A DNA stretch of 64,000 nucleotides from Malacoraja senta (lineage: Eukaryota). A program made the translations under genes and the position numbers. The stretch lies in NCBI GenBank assembly GCA_038087875.1, contig CM075988.1:22570001-22634000 (forward strand), given 5' to 3'. Below are positions 36,303-49,166 of this stretch, one piece after another; within the stretch, counting starts at the first letter, position 1; the number at the start of each line of letters is the position of its first letter. The notes under the pieces were generated by a model. It did not search any database, was not told where the DNA came from, and saw only the letters and a program-made list of their open reading frames with translations.

Positions 36303-36619
36303 ACCCATTCCTTCTCTCCAGAGATGCTGCCTGTCCCGCTGAGTTACTCCAGCATTTTGTGTCTATCTTCGGTGTAAACCAGCATCTGCAGTTCTTTCCT
36401 GCATTAGAAATTGCATCTCTTTGGGCCAAGTTGCAAGATGGCATCAGAATGCGGTGATCTCTGCATGCTGTTCCAGAAGAGGACCTATTGAACTCATGTA
36501 GAGTAGGGTTTGACTGGATAGCATACAGAACAAGCTGTTCACAGCATCCCTGTACTTATGACAATCAATACTGTACATGAAGCTGAACAGAGTTGCAGAG
36601 AAAACTTTGAAAGGTGCAC

Positions 36620-37362
36620 AGTTGGCTGTAACACCGCCTGCTTCACTAACTCCGATGTCCAGCAACGGAGATTCCAAGAAGTGGTGAACACTGCCCGGTC
36701 CATCACTAGCACTGACCCTCCCCACCATCAAAGCGATCCACAGGAGGCACTGCCTCAAAAAGGCAGCCAGCATCATCAGAGACCCACACCACCCTGGCCA
36801 CGCTCTCAGCTCATCCCTGCCACCGGGAAGAAGGTGCAGGAGCCTGAAAACCGTGACCTCCAGGTTCAGGAGCAGCTTCTTCCCAACAGCCATCAGGCCC
36901 AGTGCCCAACTTCAATTAACTTCAAGCTCCTTTCATACGTTTACAAAGCCCTTAACGGGCTTGCCCCACCTTATATCGAAAATCTTCTAACCCACCATTC
37001 TACCTCCAGGTCCCTCGGGTCAGCCGACTTGGGGCTACTGACTATCCCACGGTCTAGGTTTAAGCTCAGGGGCGACCGCGCTTTTGTGGTTGCAGCACCT
37101 AAACTGTGGAATAGCATCCCGCTCCTCATCAGAACTGCCCCCTCCATCGACTCCTTTAAGTCACGACTCAAAAACGAATTTTTCTACACCCAAGCGTTTT
37201 TGAGCCCCACTGAGGGGGCGCTGTAAACAGTTTATGTATGTATTGTTAGGTCTGTCGACCGTTGTATGTATCAAATTAGTGCCTGCACTGATGTGAAGCA
37301 CTTTGGTCAACGCGAGTTGTTTTTAAATGAGCTACACAAATAAATGTATTATTATTATTATA
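36620..37362 (+). mobile_element. Rex1-like fragment followed by an L2-clade LINE 3' end
   Basis: INFKLLSYVYKALNGLAPPYIENLL...RGDRAFVVAAPKLWNSIP; (ATT)n tail. Confidence 0.8.
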
Positions 37363-37716
37363 ACTCCACAAACACAAATTCAACTTCAGACCATCAACTG
37401 TCTTGGTCGCTCTGGGATTTTCCATCATTTTCTTTCGCATTAATATTGCTTTTTAAAATGTGTGTATTATGTTATCTGTTAGTGTTGTTTACAGACCTGT
37501 GATGCTTCCGTAAGTAAGAATCTCATTGTTCTGTTCTCGGTACATGTGACCAATAAATACTTTAGTTTGTGGAGATGCAGTATGGAAACAGGCTGGTGGG
37601 CCCACCGAGTCGGTGCCGACCAGCAATTACCCAAACATGTTCTATCCTACACACTAGGGACATTTTACAGAAGCCAATTAATCTGCTAACCTGCACATCG
37701 TTGGAATGTGGGAGCA

Positions 37717-38362
37717 AATGTGGCATGTTGGCCTTTATAACAAGAGGAATCGAATATAGGAGCAAAGAGGTCCTTCTGCAGTTGTACAGAGCCCTAGTGA
37801 GACCACACCTGGAGTATTGTGTGCAGTTTTGGTCCCCTAATTTGAGGAAGGATATTCTTGCTATTGAGGGAGTGCAGCGTAGGTTTACAAGGTTAATTCC
37901 TGGGATGGTGGGACTGTCATATGCTGAGAGAATGGAGCAGCTGGGCTTGTACATTCTGGAGTTTAGAAGGATGAGAGGATATCTCATTGAAACATATAAG
38001 ATTGTTAAGGGCTTGGACACACTAGAGGCAGGAAACATGTTCCCGATGTTGGGGGAGTCCAGAACCAGGGGCCACAGTTTAAGAATAAGGAGTAAGCCAT
38101 TTAGAACGGAGACGAGGAAACACTTTTTCTCACAGAGTGGTGAGCCTGTGGAATTCACTGCCTCAGAGGGCGGTGGAGGAAGGTTCTCTGGATGCTTTCA
38201 AGAGAGAGCGAGATAGGGCTCTTAAAAATAGCGGGGTCAAGGGATATGGGGAGAAGGCAGGAACGGGGTACTGATTGGGGATGATCAGCCATGATCACAT
38301 TGAATGGCGGTGCTGGCTCGAAGGGCCAAATGGCCTACTCCTGCACCTATTGTCTATTGTCA
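37717..38362 (+). mobile_element. CR1/HER1-like fragment inserted in a minus-strand V-SINE (about 37560-38495)
   Basis: ORF 37569-38216. Confidence 0.85.
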
Positions 38363-38567
38363 AACCAGAGCACCCGGAGAAAACCCACGTGGTCACAGGG
38401 AGAATGTACAAACTCCGTTCAGACAGCACCCGTTGTGAGGATCGAACCTGGGTTTCCGGTGCTGTACGGCAGCAGTTCTACCGCTGCGCCACCGGGCCGC
38501 ACAACTCTTGAAATATGGGTGGAGAAAGAGGAGGATGTGTGTTTCTAGGATGGAGAAGGGCTGACAA

Positions 38568-39160
38568 TCATACAGCGTGGAAACAGGCCCTTCGGCCTAA
38601 CTTGCCCACACCGGCCAACATGTCCCAGCTACACTAGTCCCACCTGCCTGGTCTTGGTCCACCCCTCCAAACCTGTCCTATCCATGTACTTGTCTAACTG
38701 CTTCTTAAACGTTGGGATAGTCCCAGCCTCAACTACCTCCTCTAGCAGCTTGTTCCATACATCCACCACCCTTTGTGTGAAAAAGTTACCCCTCAGATTC
38801 CTATTAAATCTTTTCCCCTTCACCTTGAACTTATGTCCTCCGGTCCTCAATTCCCTTACTCTGGGCATGGGACTGTGCATCTACCCGATCCATTCTTCTC
38901 ATGATTTTGTACACCTCTATAAGATCACCCCTCACCCTCCTGCGCTCCAAGGAATAGAGACCCAGCCTACTCGACCTTTCCCTATAGCTCACACCCTCTG
39001 GTCCTGGCAACATCCTCGTAAATCTTTTCTGTACCCTTTCAAAGCGTGACAGTATCTTTCCTCTAACATGGTGCCCAGAACTGAACACAATACTCTAAAT
39101 GCGGCCTCACCAACGTCTTATGCAACTGCAACATGAGCTCCCAACGTCTATACTCAATAT
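38568..39160 (-). mobile_element. CR1-clade fragment whose 3' end matches the SINE tail
   Basis: ORFs 38629-38880 and 38831-39088; gggccgaagggcctgtttcc shared with SINE 3' ends. Confidence 0.8.
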
Positions 39161-39363
39161 TTTAGTGGGGGCCAGCGTACGTTTCAAGTGACGCATTCTA
39201 CTTTCCCAATGCAACGATACTGAATGCAGGGGCCGGATGGAGCTCAGCGAAACATCAGTCTTGGAGATCACGTCCCCACCACACGTCAGAACCAGCTGCA
39301 AAGTTTCAAACTATTTTTTAATATTACAGTATTACATGGAAGCATAAATTACAGTACATGGAA

Positions 39364-39417
39364 GCACAACACACCACTGCTCAGATCTCTGATGACAATT
39401 ACACATTCTTGTTTATT
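39364..39417 (-). terminator. PAFAH1B2: Probable distal polyadenylation signal of PAFAH1B2
   Basis: Minus-strand AATAAA at 39417-39412, followed about 35 nt later by GU-rich GTGGTGTGTTGTGC; marks the edge of a repeat-poor block. Confidence 0.55.
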
Positions 39418-42400
39418 AAATAAGCATATACACACACTACCATTCAGCGAGTCACTCAAAACAAGACACAAATAGTACTGTATGCTTTCTTCACTCTTGA
39501 ATATTACAGACAAGTATTTGGCTACAGCAGAGTTTTTTATCAAGCATCACTATACAATGTGTTTCTGGAAGCATAGTCTGATGCAGAGATCATACATGCC
39601 AATTGTAAAATATGAGCAGGGAGGAAAGACTTTCATAAAAGCAATTGGAGGATATATTTCCCAATCCATGTAGTGCGCCAACAAACGTGGTCCCATGTTT
39701 CAGATAGCCCTCTACAACCATATATGTTTAAAAAATAATATATCAAAGAGTTTCGTTTTATCTGTGTATGGGGAGTGGAGGAGAATAAACCCTCGGAATT
39801 AAGGACTCTGTAAAAGGAACATTTCTCCACACAAAGTATACATTCACCCTCTATTACGAGCTTATAGCCTCGTAGAATGCTGCTCCGTCCATTATTACCA
39901 GAATTTAAGTTGGGGGGAACTTGGTGAGCCACAAACGGTGGGACTACGGACCATGTCTGACGGGTGGGATTAGACCGGGGAGTTCTTTTTCCAAGTAGCA
40001 GGAGATGCGATGGGCCAAATGGCCTCTTCCTGTGTAACAAATCTACGACTCTCAGAGGCTGCTCAGCTACCCAGGGAGGAAGTACATGCAGGAATCCCTT
40101 ATAATTTGACGTCAACATCTACGTTACGGATTTCCCCAGAAAACAGATTTCAGAAGATAGTGTAAAGTCAACATTTCTTATCGTTAGGTTGCAAGGTAAG
40201 TAATGCATCTTGCAATGCAATATAAACTCGGTACATTCAATGTTGATGGAGGGTAATAAATTACATGAAGCTACTACTTTATCCGGCACAAACACACACA
40301 CACCAAATTGTTAATCCTTCACACACAAGAACAGACTCGGTCCCGCTGAAGATACACACTCAGATCATCAGGAAAATCTACAGCCCGCTGGCAAATGACA
40401 CCCTTCGCTGGAGTGGCTCTCGGCTGGCCTTCACGGTTTTGCCGAAGAACTCGGGATCAAAGCAGACGCAAGCAAGTCATTTTCTCATTAGATTTCCGGG
40501 AGCAATGCCGCGACAGGGCACAGTCCTTCTGCAAAGTTCCCTCCCCAACACTTCCCTCAAACCATGAGTGACGTCTCGGTGATACTCGAGAGCAGGGCTG
40601 CCCAAAGCCACACAACTTGCCGGAATTAAGTTAAAAATATATCACAACAACCAGGCATCTAAAAACAGAAAGTGCAACGACCGCATTCGATGTGTCTATA
40701 AAGCCAGTCATGTACGTATTTAAAGGATTTAGTTTATCATGGTCGACTTTCCTCTTTAAGTGAAGCATCTTTTGAGCCTTCTCCTGCGGAGTGCATGTTT
40801 TTATTTAAACAGTACCCGTGCTTCTCGCAAAGACCGCGTTTTTCTCTTTACCAAACCCGTTATAAGCATATCACGCCTATCCTGGGCCCCACACTGTCAG
40901 CCCTGCCCACGCTGGGCCCAGTTCCGGGAATCAGTCCTCTTGCAACCTGCAAAAGTTTCCAAAAAGCATGGAAGTAATGTGCAAGATGAAACCCACAGTG
41001 ACTACCCCACCGACAGACGCTGTCAGTCCGTGACAGCAACTCCATAAGAAAACAGGCCTGTGAATTGAAAGGGGGAAGGAAGTTAAAATACAAGCTTATC
41101 GGGTGCTTCAGAAAGCAGACGTGTATCTGATTCAGCGCATGGGTTAATGGGGTAAGCTGCCAATGCTAATATTTGATAACTTGTACACTTCTAGGTGGAG
41201 TGGGGTGGTTCAGCCACTGGGAGGCGCAGTGATGCAGCGCCTCAGCGGATCCTACAACCCGCAGCCTGTATTCCTTCACCAGGTTCAGTGCAGAGGCCTT
41301 GGTTACAAATGAGGATTTTCAATCAGGATTTAAAAAATAAGGAACCTAAATAAAAGGAGGGTTTTTTTTTCCCCTTCTTAGATTTCTTGCTAGAAAAGCA
41401 ATAATTTTTGTCAGGCTATCGAAGGAAACAAAAACAGGTTGGTGTGAAACATGCGAATTCCAGCCCGCGATGGGTTAGTAGCAGCGTTGGGAAGCACGTG
41501 CTTTGGTCAAGAATTCATCTCTTCCCAAACCTCTCCACAAACTCGGGCTGGGTTTGAGATTCCCAGGGGGTCAATGACAAAGGGGGGGGGGGGGGGGTCC
41601 CTGGTGTGTGGGCTGTGCTACCTTCAAGGGCAAGGTCTTGTACATCTACAGGGACTGGTCCACGTCACATTGAGTTTAAACTGATTAAACGTGACACTAT
41701 TAACAAATGGTCAATTAGCAGCTAATCGATTAACCAAGCCAGGGCAAAGAGGGGGTGGGGTTGTTGCAGAGTCCACCTCTAACTGTGAATGATAGAGCTG
41801 CCACTGTGTGTCTATCACTAAAATGATCAAAGGAATGCCTACAGGCTGGAAAATGATAGCCCAAGAAGCCCATCACAGTGAACCACTTACCAAGTAAACC
41901 TGCAACTAAAATTCACTTACACTCTCTCCCTACCAAATAAACCCCAGGTACTGCTCTCTCCACCTGCCTTTCCATCTTGTTACCTACTGCCGTTAACACG
42001 CAAAATGCTGGAGTAACTCAGCGGGACAGGCAGCTTCTTGGGAGAGTAGGAACGGGTGATGTTTCGGGTCGAGACCAAAGGGTTTCTCCAGAGGTGTTGC
42101 CTGTCCCGCTGAGTTACTCCAGCATTTTGTGTCTATATTCCAGCATCTGCAGTTCCTTCCTAAACCTACTGCCGTTAGTTTGCCAATGCACATTATTGCG
42201 GGCTATTGTCCAGATCTAATGCCCCCAGAGTGAAGATGCCTTGTGGAGTCAAGGGGAACACACACTGGTCAAGGGACGGGGAGAAGGGAGGAGAATGGGG
42301 TTAGGAGGGATAGATAGATCAACCATGATTGAATGGCGGAGTAGACTTGATGGCCTAAATCTACTCAAATTCCTTATGAAACTTTCCCTGAAGGAGGTGA

Positions 42401-44500
42401 TTGACTCAGATTGGGGTTTTATGTTAATCATTTTTGAGACCAGCTTTCTTCCAAAACAAATCCCAGATTCATTTAATGTTTGAATTTGTAATTCTACAGC
42501 GGGATTCAAACTCACGCCTCGACAATAATGGTCCAGATCTCCGGCTGATGTTCCAAGTATCTTAAGCGCTACATTTAACAGTGCCCTGCGCTACATGATC
42601 CCAGCAAAGTACATCCATCAGTGGAGCAAAGTGGGATTAAGCAACAAAAAGAGTTTTAAAATCAGCACAAGCGTTTGCTTCGCGTGATTAGCAAACTAAT
42701 CCAACTTAAATTAGAACGTGAGGGGCTCGCTCAGAACGTTGCTCTCACTGACACACACAAAGATGCCCGCAGACACTGTGCAGGGTAAATAGTGTTCTCT
42801 CTTTGCCCACAGCGAACCCAAGCAAAAGCCACCTAGTAAAGCCAGAGTCAGCATGCAGACGATAACTATTTAATTTATTCTTCCTCAGAGGGGCCAAGTC
42901 CTAACTCATTCTAAACACTCTTCCATTCTCCTGGATTCAATGCCCTGCAAAATCACTGATTGAACCATAACACAAAGTGCCGGAGTAACTCCCAGCGGGT
43001 CAGGCCGCCTCTGTGGAGCACGTGGATGGGCGATGTCTCAGGCCGGGAGCCTTACTTCAAACTGGGAAGCGTCACATATCCATGTCCTCCAGAGATGCCG
43101 CCTGGCCCGCTGAGTTACTGCAGCACCTTGTGTTACACGCAAGATGGCAGCACCCACAGTTCCTTGTGTCCTCACTGATTTAGTCACCTGACCCGCCCGT
43201 AAACACAGCGGCAGCCAAGTTATTCTGGCGGATGGTTTGACGTTGTCAGGAACCTCAACCCTGTGCAACGCTGCAGTTTTACGATATGCTGCGGGCGGGG
43301 AGCCGTGCATGTTATGCAATTGCCGCAAACTCTTTTAACTGCAATGGAGCATCCAGAATCTGGGTCGGCAGCAACTAACTCGAAGATTCAGACAACGTCA
43401 TTCAGGTGTCTAAGCACGGACAGAGCAATCATTTCCCCCGTAGCACAAGTAAGGAGGAACCGGAACTAGCTGGGAGGAGGGCATTTAAAGCGATTAAAAC
43501 TAACTAAAGGCTCACTTTGCAACCCATGTTAAGGTGGCTGATGGACACAAAAAGCTGGAGTAACTCAGCAAGTCAGGCAGCATCTCTGGAGAAAAGGGAT
43601 AGGTGACGTTTCAGTCTGAAGGAGGGTTTCAACCTGAAACGTCAACTATTCCTTCTCTCCAGAGATGCTGCCTGTCCTGCTGAGTTACACCAGCTTTTTG
43701 TGTCTGTCTTTGGTGTAAACCAGCATCTGCAGTCCCTTCCTACACATTAGGGGCCGCGATTCTTGTCCGGGCAAACTGTATCAGAACCAGTTGACGTCTC
43801 AACACGGGCACCAGGGCTTTTCTCCTTCCGATTCAAATACAACAGGTTAAAAACTTGGGAGATGTAAATAGAAAGCCCCCCCCCCCCTCCTGTGTCATAC
43901 TATATTACACAATGCAGGAAATATTGTCAATGTGCAAGCCTGGTGTGATGGGCCCGTGTGTTCCACTCACTACCACTAGACGGCAACTCCACACTGGGCA
44001 GTATTTACTGACAGCAATGTAGACTAGCGTCACCCAGCGGAGAAACTAAATACACACAAGGGAACTCTGCACCAATCAGAAAGAAATATTTTAACTACTC
44101 TGGCTGCTCTACGTTTAAAAGAGAGTTGGCTGGAAGTGGGCCCGTTATATCAAATCAGCTATAAAATCAGTGAGATTCATGAGCGCTTGAATCTAACGCA
44201 TGAAAACCACTGGCTAATTACTGCAGACACACACTTATGTTTAATAGGAAAGACATTTTGCCTAATGACAGTAAAAAGAGCGATGTATATATATATTTAG
44301 CTGCGCTGTGGCCTAATGCATGGACTGCTTTGCTATGGGAAATGAATGCATCCAATTCGGAGGGAACCCTACACTTGTAATGATACAACAAAGGTGCCTT
44401 TACTTGGGTGCTCCAGGCAGTGGCGGGTCGCTGCCGGACTCCAGAGGTTGCTCCGCTCCGCTCCGACCTGGCGATGAGAGGGGGAAGGACCGTGAAGCGA
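39395..44500 (-). other. PAFAH1B2: Probable long 3'UTR of PAFAH1B2 (~5.1 kb)
   Basis: Mostly unique sequence from the stop codon to the poly(A) signal; other AATAAA at 40805-40800 and 42879-42874. Confidence 0.5.
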
Positions 44501-44779
44501 TCACGCCAGGGTGGCCTGCTTCTCTTCGGGTGTCTCCTCCAGCAACTGAACCAGCAGTTCGTAGACGGGCTTGCATACCTTGGCGTAGCCCATCTGGGTG
44601 AGGTGCAGGTAGTCGAACATGTCATGGTGGGAGATGGTGCCGTCCGAGTGCACAAAGCCCGCGTCCACGTTGAGGAGCTGCATCTTGGGGAACTTCACCA
44701 GGGAGCTCTTCAGCAGCTGGTTCACCTGGCCGTTCTTCTCCCGCAGTGGGTTCGGCTTCTCCCCTCGCGGCAGGAGACT
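44501..44779 (-). CDS. PAFAH1B2: PAFAH1B2 last coding exon (SLLPRGEKPNPLREKN...DMFDYLHL...EETPEEKQATLA*)
   Basis: Poly-C gtcAG acceptor; catalytic D-x-x-H (DYLH); TGA stop. Confidence 0.97.
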   Translation of the reverse strand, partial: SLLPRGEKPNPLREKNGQVNQLLKSSLVKFPKMQLLNVDAGFVHSDGTISHHDMFDYLHLTQMGYAKVCKPVYELLVQLLEETPEEKQATLA

Positions 44780-45111
44780 CTGACGGGGGGGGGGGGGGGG
44801 GGGGGGGAAGAGCAAAGCACGGGTCAGCAGGCAGTGAGAGCGTGCAACGTTGTCACCATAACACCAGCACCCGCCGCGGTCTACCAAGAGCGACACAATG
44901 TGCTGGAGTATCTCAGCGGGACAGGCAGCATCGTGGAGAGGTGACGCTCCATGTCGGGACCCAAACCGTCACCTGTCCACAGAAGGTAGACACAATGAGC
45001 TGGAGTATCTCAGCGAGCCAGGCAGCAACACATGGATAGGTGACGTTTCATACCGTCACCCATCCACATTCTCCAGCGGTTTCCTGACCGGCTGCGTAAC
45101 TCCAGCACATT

Positions 45112-45580
45112 ATAGACAATAGGTGCAGGAGTAGGCCATACGGCCCTTCGAGCCAGCACCGCCATTCAATGTGATCATGGCTGATCATCCCCAATCAGTA
45201 CCACGTTCCTAACTTCTCCCCATATCCACAGACTCTGCTATTTTTAAGAGCCCTATCTAGCTCTCTTGAAAGCATCCAGAGAACCTGCCTCCACCGCCCT
45301 CTGAGGCAGAGAATTCCACAGACTCACCACTCTCTGTGAGAAAAAGTGTTTCCTCATCTCCGTTCTAAATGGCTTACTCCTTATTCTTAAACTGTGGCCC
45401 CTGGTTCTGGACTCCCCCAACATCGGGAACATGTTTCCTGCCTCTAGCGAGTCCAAACCCTTAACAATCTTGTATGTTTCAATGAGATGCCCTCTCATCC
45501 TTCTAAACTCCAGAGTGTACAAGCCCAGCTGCTCCATTCTCTCAGCATATGACAGTCCCGCCATCCCGGGAATTAACCTT
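45112..45580 (-). mobile_element. CR1/HER1-like 3' fragment
   Basis: ORF 45253-45615. Confidence 0.9.
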
Positions 45581-46109
45581 GTATTAACATTGTGTCTTTC
45601 TCTGGAATCCAGCATCTGCAGTTCCTTGTTTCTCCGTCAAAACTGCTGGATGAACTCGAAGACTACATCCACCCACTTGTGAATCCCCCCCTCCCCCTCC
45701 GTCTCCCCCCACCAATATCCAACAATCACTTGCAGACTTTGCTTTAAACCAGCATCTGCAGCTCCGTTTGCGGAAGTCCGTGCCAGGCTTTGTGCCCCCC
45801 CCCCCCCCACCCCATGTCCAGCTTTCTCGGCCCTGACCTGAAACGTCACCTATCCTCATTCTCCAGAGATGCTGCCCGACCCGCTGAGTTTACTCCAGCA
45901 CCGTGTCTTTATATTGGTACAGTCAGCTCACCCCAAACCCCATTTACAAAAAGGAGACAGAAGAAATAGGAGAAACAAAATAGAATAGGATAGAAATAAC
46001 AATAGAAATAAAGATGATAAAATAAAAATAGAATATGATAGAAAGAAAAGTAATACTGAAAATAATAATAGAAAAAATAGAATATGATAGAAAGAAAAGT
46101 AATAGAATT

Positions 46110-46526
46110 AATAGAAAATAGGTGCAGGAGGAGGCCATTCGGCCCTTCGAGCCAGCACCGCCATTCATTGTGATCATGGCTGATTGTCCCCAATCAATAA
46201 CCCGTGCCTGCCTTCTCCCCATATCCCTTGTCTCCACTAGCCCCTAGAGCTCTATCTAACTCTCCCTTAAATCCATCCAGTGACTTGGCCTCCACTGCCC
46301 TCTGTGGCTGGGAATTCCATAAATTCACAACTCTCTGGGTGAAAACGTTTTTTCTCACCTCAGTCTTAAATGACCTCCCCTTTATTCTAAGTCTGTGGCC
46401 CCTGGTTCTGGACTCGCCCAACATTGGGAACATTTTCCTGCATCGAGCTTGTCCAGTCCTTTTATAATTTTATATGTTTCTATAAGATTCCCCCTCATCC
46501 TACTAAACTCCAGTGAATACAAGCCT
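46110..46526 (-). mobile_element. CR1/HER1-like 3' fragment inside an A-rich low-complexity tract
   Basis: ORF 46194-46433; a ~33-bp A-rich segment occurs on both sides (46051-46083 and 46526-46558). Confidence 0.85.
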
Positions 46527-46641
46527 AATACTAAAAATAATAATAGAAAAAATAGAATGGTTAGAAATAAAAAGAACAGAATGGAAAAGTGGAACAGAAA
46601 GAGATCTGAGAAGCAGTGGGCGGAGTAAAGCGTCCACTCAC

Positions 46642-46764
46642 CAGCACCAGCACCTTAGCCTGGGGCTGGCGGCCGTTAATCAGCTGTACAATCGCCTCGA
46701 TCCCGCCGACCACTTCCTCTGCCGAGTGCTCGTGATTGTTGGTCCCCACCCAGAGGACGACCAC
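46642..46764 (-). CDS. PAFAH1B2: PAFAH1B2 coding exon 4 (VVVLWVGTNNHEHSAEEVVGGIEAIVQLINGRQPQAKVLVL)
   Basis: cctgcAG / CTG|GTGAGT, 123 nt; SGNH block III GTNN. Confidence 0.97.
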
Positions 46765-47045
46765 CTGCAGGCAGCGAACATCCCGACTCAATGCCAACAT
46801 TCATCCGTCACATTTAACGCGGTGGCCGGCCAAGCCGCCGCCTCACAGCCCGAGACCCGGGCTCGATCCTGAACTCGGGTGCCGTGTGTGTGGGGGTTTG
46901 CACGCTCTCCCTGTGACCGCGAGGGTCTCCGCCGGGTGCTCCCGTTTCCTCCCACATCTCCAAGACGCGCGGCTTGCGCAAGTCGATTGGCCCCGTGTAA
47001 CATTGGGCCCCAGTGTGGAGGGAGCGGATGAGAGAGTGGGATAAC

Positions 47046-48430
47046 TCTCCCACTCTAGAGTCAGTTATTAAAGATGGGATAGCAGCACATTTGGAAAGTG
47101 GTGAAATCATTGGACAAAGTCAGCATGGATTTACGAAAGGTAAATCATGTCTGACGAATCTTATAGAATTTTTCGAGGATGTAACTAGTAGCGTGGATAG
47201 GGGAGAACCAGTGGATGTGGTGTATCTGGACTTCCAGAAGGCTTTCGACAAGGTCCCACATAAGAGATTAGTATACAAACTTAAAGCACATGGCATTGGG
47301 GGTTCAGTATTGATGTGGATAGAGAACTGGCTGGCAAACAGGAAGCAAAGAGTAGGAGTAAACGGGTCCTTTTCACAATGGCAGGCAGTGACTAGTGGGG
47401 TACCGCAAGGCTCAGTGCTGGGACCCCAGCTATTTACAATATATATTAATGACCTGGATGAGGGAATTGAAGGCAATATCTCCAAGTTTGCGGATGACAC
47501 TAAGCTGGGGGGCAGTGTTAGCTGTGAGGAGGATGCTAGGAGACTGCAAGGTGACTTGGATAGGCTGGGTGAGTGGGCAAATGTTTGGCAGATGCAGTAT
47601 AATGTGGATAAATGTGAGGTTATCCATTTTGGTGGCAAAAACAGGAAAGCAGACTATTTTCTAAATGGTGGCCGACTAGTAAAAGGGGAGATGCAGCGAG
47701 ACCTGGGTGTCATGGTACACCAGTCATTGAAAGTAGGCATGCAGGTGCAGCAGGCAGTGAAGAAAGCGAATGGTATGTTAGCTTTCATAGCAAAAGGATT
47801 TGAGTATAGGAGCAGGGAGGTTCTACTGCAGTTGTACAGGGTCTTGGTGAGACCACACCTGGAGTATTGCGTACAGTTTTGGTCTCCAAATCTGAGGAAG
47901 GACATTATTGCCATAGAGGGAGTGCAGAGAAGGTTCACCAGACTGATTCCTGGGATGTCAGGACTGTCTTATGAAGAAAGACTGGATAGACTTGGTTTAT
48001 ACTCTCTAGAATTTAGGAGATTGAGAGGGGATCTTATAGAAACTTACAAAATTCTTAAGGGGTTGGACAGGCTAGATGCAGGAAGATTGCTCCCGATGTT
48101 GGGGAAGTCCAGGACAAGGGGTCACAGCTTAAGGATAAGGGGGAAATCCTTTAAAACCGAGATGAGAAGAACTTTTTTCACACAGAGAGTGGTGAATCTC
48201 TGGAACTCTCTGCCACAGAGGGTAGTCGAGGCCAGTTCATTGGCTATATTTAAGAGGGAGCTAGATGTGGCCCTTGTGGCTAAAGGGATCAGAGGGTATG
48301 GAGAGAAGGCAGGTACGGGATACTGAGTTGGATGATCAGCCATGATCATATTGAATGGCGGTGCAGGCTCGAAGGGCCGAATGGCCTACTCCTGCACCTA
48401 ATTTCTATGTTTCTATGTTTCTATGTTTCT
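47046..48430 (+). mobile_element. Young 5'-truncated CR1/HER1-like LINE with open RT ORF, inserted in a V-SINE
   Basis: ORF to 48326 with QHGF, FQKAFDKV and FADD; TSD ATAAC at 47041-47045 and 48431-48435. Confidence 0.95.
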
Positions 48431-48979
48431 ATAACACGGAACTAGTGTGCACGGGCGATCGATGGTCGGCGTGGACACGGTGGGCCTGTTTCCATGCTGT
48501 ATCGCTAAAATAAACAGATATTCCACCAATCTCAATGAACTTAAAAGTCCAAAATGTGGATCAGTCTCATTTAAAGGCAAGAAAAAAGCTTTTCACTGTA
48601 TCTCGGTACACATGAATCTATCTGGTTACAGGATACAGACTTTAATGGCAACATCAGCAGTAATTGGCCATTCCCAAATACCCCCAACATGGGGATGGCT
48701 GGTTGGCACGGACTCGATGGGCCGAAGGGCCTGTTTCCAAGCTGAATCCCCAAACTAAACTACCCTTGAGGAGGCAACTAACCATATTGGTGAGCCAGCA
48801 CTCACCGAGATGCCAGACCAGGTACATTAATAATTCCGAAAGGAACATTAATACTACAGGCCAAGGTGTTGGCAAACGGGCAGCTTAGGTCGTGCAATTT
48901 CAAGGCAATAACCTGGCCCAAGTGAGGTTGAACGCTGCAACCCCGTGGGTCTGTTTGGGACCGCTCCTCTGCCCCGTAC

Positions 48980-49096
48980 CTTGGGTTTAATGTTTTCCAG
49001 TTCCCCGTTCTCCAGCCTCCAGAGTACGTGCCGCGTGGTGTCGCCGCCGATGCCAAAGTTGAGCGCGTGTAGAGGCGAGAACAGCTCCCTCCAGAT
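48980..49096 (-). CDS. PAFAH1B2: PAFAH1B2 coding exon 3 (IWRELFSPLHALNFGIGGDTTRHVLWRLENGELENIKPK)
   Basis: tttgtcacgacAG / AAG|GTACGG, 117 nt; SGNH block II NFGIGG. Confidence 0.97.
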
Positions 49097-49166
49097 CTGT
49101 CGTGACAAAGAGCGCGGCGGCATAGTTAAATCAGCGCGGACCAGGCGCCAGGACACACACCATTCA

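Noticed and set aside
44408..44944. 178-aa plus-strand ORF
   Set aside because: Antisense shadow of the GC-rich PAFAH1B2 last exon
47013..48326. Host gene or autonomous LINE
   Set aside because: 5'-truncated with no endonuclease domain; the ORF start lies in flanking SINE sequence
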